A DNA stretch of 64,000 nucleotides from Octopus bimaculoides (lineage: Eukaryota), in assembly GCF_001194135.2 (NCBI RefSeq), contig NC_069002.1, forward strand, positions 30,351,771 through 30,415,770, written 5' to 3'. Under the pieces are notes generated by a model. That model was given only the letters and a program-made list of their open reading frames with translations. It was not told the DNA's origin and did not search any database. How positions within the stretch are numbered: the first letter of the stretch is position 1; each line of letters begins with the position of its first letter. Below are positions 62,101 to 64,000 of the stretch, one piece after another. Position numbers and translations under genes: made by a program.

Positions 62101-63083
62101 ATGTGAAAAACTTACTCCAGAAGAGCTTCATATGCCATACTGTTTGGAACTGAGAGATGTTTTATCAAGGTGGCAACAATCTGGTCCTGAAAAATATGTA
62201 AAAGACATAAGTCTTTGACTGGTGACATAAGTTTAACCCTTACATTATTTACATTTGACGGATATTTGTCCTCATCTTGTTTGTTGTTAACACAACGTTT
62301 CGGCTGATATACCCTCCAGCCTTTGTCAAGTGTCTTGGGGAAATTTCGAACCTGGGTTCCCCAAGACACCTAACGAAGGCTGGAGGGTATATCAGCCAAA
62401 ACGTTGTGTTAACAACAAACAAGATGAGGACAAATATCCGTCAAATGTAAATAATGTAAATAATTCCTCATCTCTTAAATATAGAACTGTATAAGTTTAA
62501 CCCTTTAGCATTCAGATTATTCTATCATAATGTAATACTTAATCATTCATATTGTTTTTAGTAAATCATGCATTATCTCATAGCTTCGAAATTTCAATCA
62601 GCGTTGCCTTCCTGGCACTTGTAAAGATAGTAATATAAATATGTAGCCATGCAAAGTTGTAAATGCACACATACACACACACATGTAAACATGTAGCAAC
62701 AAAATATATCTTACTTCATGATGAACAAGTTGAACAAATGTTCTCGACTGGCTAGCAATGTCTGCCACAAAAGTCTCTGAAAATAAGAAAAAACATAAAA
62801 TACATTGTAAAAAGAAAACTTCAAAACCATTCTTCGTTACTCCAGGGATCTTTAAACAGAATGACTCAAATACAGTTGTCAATTATATGGTTTAGAGCAG
62901 TCCATTTAATGAGGAGAGATGTAACAACATAGCTAAAATACTATAGTAATTTGGATGGTCGAGAGCAGTCCATTTAATGAGAAGTGGAGGTGTCGCAGAA
63001 TTGGTAAAACACTTACTGTAGTCATTTGTATGATTAAGGGAAGTCCATTTAATGAGGGCAGCCTGAAAATATGTTTCATAATC
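457..63083 (-). CDS. UTP20: UTP20 small-subunit processome component 20 homolog, multi-exon, partial (no start or stop in window); span includes introns
   Basis: 51 exons with canonical AG/GT boundaries join in frame. Peptides are colinear with UTP20 as recalled, e.g. DLVVQLAKDLQHDFY, FAAESFGFLIRK, VPLRYLIGNLFINF, DFFENMKNIKVQRRSRAL, VRVPVALAIVKLL, EEDIMDYTRQA, FDYPLGKKL, FFIPLCTSLVNDDSAKC. Confidence 0.96.
640..1020. repeat. Degenerate minisatellite (gggagcagttattattag...)
   Basis: Motif recurs about 8 times at irregular spacing and again at 1355-1420. Confidence 0.65.
2921..3070 (-). CDS. UTP20: UTP20 visible exon 50
   Basis: VILRFIFDYPLGKKL...QLNYTQELGRQSA...KYPI; phase 0-0. Confidence 0.95.
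3711..3821 (-). CDS. UTP20: UTP20 visible exon 49
   Basis: AILHRKIVSDNI...VQKQSRD; phase 0-0. Confidence 0.93.
4110..4360 (-). mobile_element. tRNA-headed SINE family D (copies 48362-48600, 27336-27720)
   Basis: ggaggcgcgtggcttagtggttaggg...gtgttcttgagcaaaacacttcatttcacgttgctccagtcc. Confidence 0.75.
4610..4741 (-). CDS. UTP20: UTP20 visible exon 48
   Basis: SITILVRE...EEDIMDYTRQACAFNLIK; phase 0-0. Confidence 0.95.
5421..6269. other. Assembly gap (N); other gaps at 1466-2340, 36413-37183, 38923-38932, 46002-46831, 58936-59191
   Basis: Runs of N. Confidence 0.99.
6985..7385 (+). mobile_element. tRNA-derived SINE family A, full length
   Basis: TGGCTGTGTG(C)TAAG A-box and GGGTTCAGTTC B-box head; tail ...GAAACAAGTAAAA. 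Confidence 0.85.
7493..7634 (-). CDS. UTP20: UTP20 visible exon 47
   Basis: EKNKKKDEPGLKPESCLIIP...KTNFHVLAEFGLQ; phase 2-0. Confidence 0.94.
7960..8126 (-). CDS. UTP20: UTP20 visible exon 46
   Basis: ILDSSSNQKTIKKV...QTLPLLANSK; phase 0-2. Confidence 0.92.
8253..8711. mobile_element. Tc1/mariner-type (Tc2-like) MITE
   Basis: TIR CCGTAAATCCT(C/T)GAGTATAAT(C/A)CGCA at both ends; TA flanks at 8251-8252 and 8712-8713; no ORF. Confidence 0.8.
9461..9628 (-). CDS. UTP20: UTP20 visible exon 45
   Basis: IFNEDIFGMVAEEK...LIAPLKD; phase 0-0. Confidence 0.95.
10039..10137 (-). CDS. UTP20: UTP20 visible exon 44
   Basis: LHILGFTVHSVL...KAGDLNPCCKSLIE; phase 0-0. Confidence 0.94.
11399..11555 (-). CDS. 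UTP20: UTP20 visible exon 43
   Basis: VILRICEFLRSRSLDIRKSARDTL...LSRGYQ; phase 2-0. Confidence 0.95.
12935..13385 (+). mobile_element. SINE family A
   Basis: Head ggctgtgtggtaagaagcttgcttcccaacc; tail gactgaaacaag. Confidence 0.8.
13524..13663 (-). CDS. UTP20: UTP20 visible exon 42
   Basis: VKSESEHKLAKK...VRVPVALAIVKLL...FLP; phase 0-2. Confidence 0.95.
13722..14000 (-). mobile_element. SINE family A (internally deleted)
   Basis: ttttacttgtttca...ggagcaccg...aacccggaaccatgtggttgg. Confidence 0.75.
14546..14805 (-). CDS. UTP20: UTP20 visible exon 41
   Basis: STEQTGLNDDDD...IHKTILRNIIPMLYKVLVKK; phase 1-0. Confidence 0.88.
15416..15522 (-). CDS. UTP20: UTP20 visible exon 40
   Basis: VVVTILDRFHFDL...LQDNQ; weak gtttgt donor, 3' boundary less certain; phase 2-1. 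Confidence 0.8.
16093..16373 (-). CDS. UTP20: UTP20 visible exon 39
   Basis: VQRRSRALRRLAAKL...ISWKVYLQQLRFY...QKILV; phase 0-2. Confidence 0.95.
16553..16768. repeat. 48-bp minisatellite (about 4.5 copies) overlapping the exon 38 donor
   Basis: Unit starts at 16553, 16601, 16649, 16697, 16745. Confidence 0.85.
16763..16900 (-). CDS. UTP20: UTP20 visible exon 38
   Basis: GICREY...DLVKLTDNDKDIDFFENMKNIK; phase 0-0. Confidence 0.95.
17210..17460. repeat. Compound (GAT)n/(GGT)n microsatellite; one of many (also 9965-10032, 19600-19920, 25040-25175, 29365-29650, 34375-34520, 42050-42180)
   Basis: Direct reading. Confidence 0.9.
17498..17653 (-). CDS. UTP20: UTP20 visible exon 37
   Basis: VDDLSIRNSSTQCLLNII...VKHGIKNPIQ; phase 0-0. 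Confidence 0.93.
17681..17800. repeat. 20-bp tandem repeat TATAAGACAGAGAAATAAGA, 4 perfect plus 2 degenerate copies
   Basis: Direct reading. Confidence 0.9.
18100..18665 (+). pseudogene. Degraded Tc1/mariner (maT/DD37D-like) transposase fragment
   Basis: TKFSQTVMVFRCISREGDVMP...RPYVKQQD*APCHT...NFWPPN; contains a stop and frameshifts. Confidence 0.8.
19410..19565 (-). CDS. UTP20: UTP20 visible exon 36
   Basis: LNSWNPKKLEEIDYDRRL...IVPIIYNCCHFIST; phase 0-0. Confidence 0.93.
20465..20518 (-). CDS. UTP20: UTP20 visible exon 35
   Basis: KLSLKDENLKDIGEVLCG; phase 0-0. Confidence 0.85.
21085..21320 (-). mobile_element. RTE-clade LINE 3' end fragment
   Basis: Similar to 51100-51330 (tcttctcaagca...gaggccc...ttcacca). 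Confidence 0.6.
21551..21620 (-). CDS. UTP20: UTP20 visible exon 34
   Basis: QMTHLLFTINHEEPKKLLYDVIL; phase 2-0. Confidence 0.9.
22939..23015 (-). CDS. UTP20: UTP20 visible exon 33
   Basis: EMEIDLLNSILNLLTHVEKPPSLLF; phase 0-2. Confidence 0.9.
24230..24320 (-). CDS. UTP20: UTP20 visible exon 32
   Basis: ISADVTDSRLCSDLVRLLLPFLIKKIPRTT; phase 2-0. Confidence 0.92.
24663..24746 (-). ncRNA. Minimal type I hammerhead ribozyme motif (Penelope-like)
   Basis: Minus strand: stem I TTCC; CTGATGA (24742-24736); 11-bp stem II GAAGGTTACAA/TTGTAATCCTTT; GAAAC; palindromic stem III ACATATGT; GTA cleavage triplet; stem I partner GGAA. Confidence 0.8.
25196..25325 (-). CDS. UTP20: UTP20 visible exon 31
   Basis: LGTEILKPHSESIMTYL...SRELSILS; phase 1-2. 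Confidence 0.92.
26240..26490 (-). mobile_element. SINE family E with (TAA)n ends (copies 26065-26240, 42500-42740, 48905-49430, 52930-53145, 54260-54480)
   Basis: Shared cccgaaaggatgaaaggcaaagtcgacctcgg..ggaatttgaactcagaac. Confidence 0.75.
26539..26765 (-). CDS. UTP20: UTP20 visible exon 30
   Basis: LFPCFLKTK...IVEMVINF...SQDVK; weak gtttgc donor; phase 2-1. Confidence 0.85.
27104..27183 (-). CDS. UTP20: UTP20 visible exon 29
   Basis: IETLPKDCLSGPTFLLRLFNIWSKNP(R); phase 0-2. Confidence 0.93.
27745..28020 (+). mobile_element. SINE family B with RTE-like 3' end and (ATG)n tail (copies about 1100-1340, 5020-5420, 11965-12205, 21325-21490, 56335-56485, 60660-60935; antisense 23403-23720, 28597-28900, 37525-37820, 38945-39135, 46834-47155)
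   Basis: Shared ggcgttaggaagggcatccagctgtagaaac...ccaacccatgctagcatggaaa...cgttaaacgatgatg. Confidence 0.85.
28323..28400 (-). CDS. UTP20: UTP20 visible exon 28
   Basis: FFTVFETYSFTPQDIDSIFDVVVWPK; phase 0-0. Confidence 0.94.
29047..29271. mobile_element. piggyBac-like TTAA MITE (family with many copies: about 2700-2750, 6780-6980, 7390-7435, 25430-25600, 33000-33210, 40706-41240 tandem, 50231-50470, 62497-62600)
   Basis: TTAACCCTTTAGCAT...CTAAAGGATTAA; shared internal tcagattactctgtcaaatgtaatgc motif. Confidence 0.65.
29739..29934 (-). CDS. UTP20: UTP20 visible exon 27
   Basis: FSNLIWLILRKLGHYLQTYL...LRLYQ; phase 2-0. Confidence 0.9.
30450..30840 (-). mobile_element. SINE family A (other copies: 2540-2695, 6270-6520, 14085-14385, 18695-19060, 31745-32135, 32465-32880, 44960-45330, 57325-57690)
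   Basis: Long colinear near-identity among copies. Confidence 0.85.
30954..31026 (-). CDS. UTP20: UTP20 visible exon 26
   Basis: YSSFEELKNSINLTKVFPPSLFQ; phase 1-2. Confidence 0.87.
32227..32369 (-). CDS. UTP20: UTP20 visible exon 25
   Basis: ILCGVLKNKK...VLKPWLDFSS; phase 2-1. Confidence 0.9.
33468..33593 (-). CDS. UTP20: UTP20 visible exon 24
   Basis: ENLIHILENKGFRAELARF...EHRTSVFQILS; phase 2-2. Confidence 0.93.
34538..34623 (-). CDS. UTP20: UTP20 visible exon 23
   Basis: FLQHKELKVQKMAFECLMTFPNKDVNPY; phase 0-2. Confidence 0.93.
35279..35369 (-). CDS. UTP20: UTP20 visible exon 22
   Basis: QLLNHFVLFSKFKHGGSLHQSHQLKELYNK; phase 2-0. Confidence 0.93.
35865..37432. repeat. Identical direct repeat of about 248 bp flanking an N-gap (35865-36113 = 37184-37432)
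   Basis: Base-for-base identity at offset 1319. Confidence 0.9.
36118..36412. mobile_element. Palindromic fold-back MITE, right arm cut by N-gap
   Basis: 36194-36412 folds on itself around GACAAAATTCC-loop-GGAATTTGTC; sits next to a (TA)n tract. Confidence 0.75.
37953..38522 (-). CDS. UTP20: UTP20 visible exon 21 (acidic low-complexity, basic NLS-like patch)
   Basis: NEYYQVD...long D/E tract...PKKKKRKRKKK...EPAIL; 570 nt open; phase 2-2. Confidence 0.92.
39679..40241. mobile_element. Non-autonomous TIR DNA transposon (8-bp TSD; Merlin/hAT/P-type) with central telomeric repeats
   Basis: About 38-bp TIR GGATCTTTTTT(T)AAAACGGGGGCCACATTTTTCATTAA; TSD GGGTGATG at 39671-39678 and 40242-40249; (TAACCC)2-TAGGG-(TTAGGG)2 at 39919-39950. 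Confidence 0.85.
40358..40601 (-). CDS. UTP20: UTP20 visible exon 20
   Basis: GSVPAP...DMEFFREHLWKNMLLFPQVCE...LSPILFRFV; phase 1-2. Confidence 0.92.
42287..42443 (-). CDS. UTP20: UTP20 visible exon 19
   Basis: VPLRYLIGNLFINFKPIWEPV...CASVC; phase 0-1. Confidence 0.95.
42863..43018 (-). CDS. UTP20: UTP20 visible exon 18
   Basis: SLSQPGVFRICLDAEKTPPTVHDFRETL...PRFEQ; gttagt donor; phase 0-0. Confidence 0.92.
43196..43435. mobile_element. hAT-type MITE
   Basis: 15-bp TIR CAGGGCTGTGGAGTC; 8-bp TSD ATCATAAG (43188-43195, 43436-43443); subterminal GACTCC/GAGTCG repeats. Confidence 0.9.
43627..44179. mobile_element. hAT-Charlie-like MITE with tandemly duplicated 3' half
   Basis: CAGTGGTTCTCAA at 43627 and TTGAGAATCCCTG ending at 43958; about 215 bp of the 3' half repeated at 43965-44179; related fragment at about 59414-59480. 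Confidence 0.7.
44458..44523 (-). CDS. UTP20: UTP20 visible exon 17
   Basis: IRLLTLQILSQFHLKLPFLEDP; phase 0-0. Confidence 0.93.
45564..45717 (-). CDS. UTP20: UTP20 visible exon 16
   Basis: CCSNSVRALQITDLYF...VFPLLEANLSHYSHT; phase 2-0. Confidence 0.92.
47374..47479 (-). CDS. UTP20: UTP20 visible exon 15
   Basis: LQLSILHEAAL...FDKIKSLL; phase 1-2. Confidence 0.87.
48177..48268 (-). CDS. UTP20: UTP20 visible exon 14
   Basis: CSDADFSVLQHTIDGLWCQVTESEETSPIK; phase 2-1. Confidence 0.85.
49453..49581 (-). CDS. UTP20: UTP20 visible exon 13
   Basis: SAGSKKQ...LLWAALVCIPNI(R); phase 2-2. Confidence 0.9.
49991..50205. repeat. About 23-24-bp minisatellite (cccttaatactgcaaaaatcc..), about 9 copies
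   Basis: Direct reading. Confidence 0.85.
50580..50764 (-). CDS. UTP20: UTP20 visible exon 12
   Basis: SVLASLIDFI...YFMDFRTSVK; phase 0-2. Confidence 0.88.
51056..51958 (-). mobile_element. RTE-clade LINE 3' fragment (end of RT and C-terminal region)
   Basis: SIQCTRCKLWMHKRCS...LEVVNSFCY...RVRIAW...LYDTCVRTAMLHGSETWAM. Confidence 0.85.
52109..52186 (-). CDS. UTP20: UTP20 visible exon 11
   Basis: SFGHRFPSNQIYPFAKTLFTEPFFEE; gtcagt donor; phase 0-0. Confidence 0.85.
52734..52871 (-). CDS. UTP20: UTP20 visible exon 10
   Basis: VLCTVLNSSPDL...SLTEVINL; phase 0-0. Confidence 0.88.
53183..53560 (+). mobile_element. R4/Dong-like non-LTR retrotransposon 3' fragment (restriction-like endonuclease domain)
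   Basis: CQIIDVALPND...EKITKYSELEVE...VIPVVIGALGS...LQKAALLG..LRKVLSV with stops and frameshifts; directly after (TAA)n at 53146-53182. Confidence 0.8.
53575..53850. repeat. Interspersed repeat of unknown class (copies 58511-58780, 44650-44765)
   Basis: About 230 bp colinear similarity (gtataaaagatggg.tacagcaaatattctgctcaataccacag...gggggagcatcatagccatgtgttgagaggaattc). Confidence 0.7.
54759..54899 (-). CDS. UTP20: UTP20 visible exon 9
   Basis: SHVKLRQKL...LDFKRGSLVNNPDAVAE; phase 0-0. Confidence 0.9.
55386..55488 (+). ncRNA. Hammerhead ribozyme motif in a Penelope-like fragment (type I minimal or type III fold)
   Basis: CTGATGA 55432-55438; stem II GAAA/TTTC plus ATATT/AATAT; GAAAC 55474-55478; palindrome ACTAGT; upstream GTA-TACG pairs with CGTA preceding the core. 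Confidence 0.75.
55890..56057 (-). CDS. UTP20: UTP20 visible exon 8
   Basis: IFPLILRRIGP...HLDPLWPILL; phase 0-0. Confidence 0.88.
56491..56973. mobile_element. Two tandem piggyBac-like (TTAA, CCCTTT TIR) MITEs
   Basis: TTAACCCTTT...GAAAGAGTTAA (56491-56720), then a near-identical unit at 56744-56973. Confidence 0.75.
58001..58187. repeat. Fold-back palindrome (about 82-bp stem, 15-nt loop), MITE-like
   Basis: 58001-58090 is complementary to 58106-58187 apart from an 8-nt insertion and 3 mismatches; related fragment at about 61404-61455. Confidence 0.85.
58409..58486 (-). CDS. UTP20: UTP20 visible exon 7
   Basis: YILGIGRLLFEVMKGVQQHMHSCAET; phase 0-0. Confidence 0.93.
59249..59308 (-). CDS. 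UTP20: UTP20 visible exon 6
   Basis: VKDPDRVLDLIFESFNHRSQ; phase 0-0. Confidence 0.9.
59638..59722 (-). CDS. UTP20: UTP20 visible exon 5
   Basis: YYSPILDANNRPYIRRFAAESFGFLIRK; phase 2-0. Confidence 0.93.
60960..61154 (-). CDS. UTP20: UTP20 visible exon 4
   Basis: LVVQLAKDLQHDFY...LFKFLWRYMVKDIKTVF; phase 2-2. Confidence 0.95.
61542..61900 (+). mobile_element. tRNA-headed SINE family C (antisense copy 47716-48105; copy 25670-25975)
   Basis: ggaggcgcaatggcctagtggttaggg...ggtttcgattcc head; conserved gctgttccgttgatcggatcaac tail. Confidence 0.8.
62116..62186 (-). CDS. UTP20: UTP20 visible exon 3
   Basis: DQIVATLIKHLSVPNSMAYEALL(D); phase 0-2. Confidence 0.92.
62242..62490. mobile_element. 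Penelope-like inverted terminal-repeat insertion with two hammerhead-like motifs
   Basis: Near-perfect inverted repeat 62240-62459 (arms about 95 bp); 15-bp direct repeat ATAAGTTTAACCCTT at 62227-62241 and 62491-62505; each arm reads GACAC-core-AGGCTG-loop-CAGCC-(G/A)AAAC-GTT-GTGTT. Confidence 0.7.
62715..62776 (-). CDS. UTP20: UTP20 visible exon 2
   Basis: (K)TFVADIASQSRTFVQLVHHE; phase 1-0. Confidence 0.9.
63017..63083 (-). CDS. UTP20: UTP20 visible exon 1
   Basis: tttcag|GAT...TAC A|gtaagt; DYETYFQAALIKWTSLNHTNDY; phase 0-1. Confidence 0.88.
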
Positions 63084-63169
63084 CTGAAAAAATAAAAAAT
63101 AAAAAACATATAAATAAGAAGCCTGTCATATATATATGTGAGTGTGTGTATGTATATGTGTATATACAA

Positions 63170-63420
63170 GACAGCTGCATAAAGAAGTGCCAAGATCTAA
63201 TCGTGAAGGGTACCTGTGGAAAGGGTAGACCCAGGAAGATGTGGGATGAATTGGTGAAAAACAATCTTCGAGTGCTGGGCCTCATTGAGGAAATGACAAG
63301 AGACTGGGAGATGTGGCGATTTGGTGTATTTGATAAGACACATTAAGCTAAGTCAAATCGCAGTCTTGCACACATGCAGGCTTGTCCTTCCAGGTGCTGG
63401 TACCACTTAAAAAGCACCTG
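63170..63420 (+). mobile_element. RTE-clade LINE 3' end fragment
   Basis: IKKCQDLIVKGTCGKGRPRKMWDELVKNNLRVLGLIEEMTRDWEMWR. Confidence 0.75.
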
Positions 63421-63589
63421 TGCTGGGTTGGACAGCTTGACATGAACTGGTAAGGCCAGGGGCCACACCAAGTTCCATGGTCTGTTTTGGCTTGGTTTCT
63501 ACAGTAGGCTGCCCATCCTAATGCCAACCACTCCACAGAGTGTACTGGGTGCTTTTTACATAGCACCAGCACTCACACCAATGTTCTTT

Positions 63590-64000
63590 ACATGGCCCCT
63601 TGGTTTTAGAATCTCAATTCTGTTGTGGTTGGCAGGTCTCCTGAGTACAGAAATACACCACCTATCTTAGTCCTCGGTCACCTCCTTTGTAAGGATCAGC
63701 ATTTTGAGATCAACCTTCAAAACTTTGTCCCATGTCTTCCTGGGTCCCCCTCTTCCACAACTTCCCTCCAAGTAATCAGCACTTTTTATGCATCCCATGA
63801 TCAAACTAGCACAGTCTCCTACCTTGCACACTGCATATAATTCCTCTTATGCCCAACTTCTCACTCAATACACCAATGCCCCATCACACACGCAGACACT
63901 GACATCGCACATCCAGCAGAGCATTCCAGCTTTCGCATGTCCTCTGCATCCAGGGTGCACATCTCACTACCATGTAGCACTGCACTCCATATAGTTTAAT
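63590..64000 (-). mobile_element. RTE-clade LINE 3' fragment
   Basis: Nucleotide similarity to the 51.1-51.6 kb copy; GRGGPRKTWD-type motif. Confidence 0.7.

Noticed and set aside
457-63083. Intronic snoRNAs or U12/GC-AG introns, which might be expected in a ribosome-biogenesis gene
   Set aside because: TGATGA hits are almost all microsatellite-derived and I saw no box C/D pair with a terminal stem; all reconstructed donors are U2-type GT. A snoscan/Infernal run is needed to exclude snoRNAs.

Overview
Eukaryotic, AT-rich, repeat-dense draft-assembly DNA with several N-gaps. The SINE/MITE/microsatellite landscape resembles an Octopus genome (recognised from memory, not searched). The whole window is the interior of one minus-strand gene, UTP20 (SSU processome HEAT-repeat protein, formerly DRIM). 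I reconstructed 51 GT-AG exons (7,008 nt, 2,336 codons) that are phase-consistent from 63083 down to 7493 and again from 4741 to 457. The start and stop codons lie outside the window, and about 95 aa expected between 7493 and 4741 are absent, probably hidden in the 5421-6269 gap. The introns hold tRNA-derived SINEs, RTE and R4/Dong-like LINE relics, a Tc1/mariner transposase relic and several MITE families. The most striking unexplained signal is three unrelated Penelope-like intronic fragments carrying hammerhead ribozyme motifs (24.7 kb, 55.4 kb, 62.3 kb), each with a palindromic stem III; two of the motifs lie on the UTP20 pre-mRNA strand. Also notable: a TIR element with a head-to-head telomeric-repeat core, recurrent tandem duplications of exon ends and splice donors, long fold-back palindromes and inverted SINE pairs bracketing exons.
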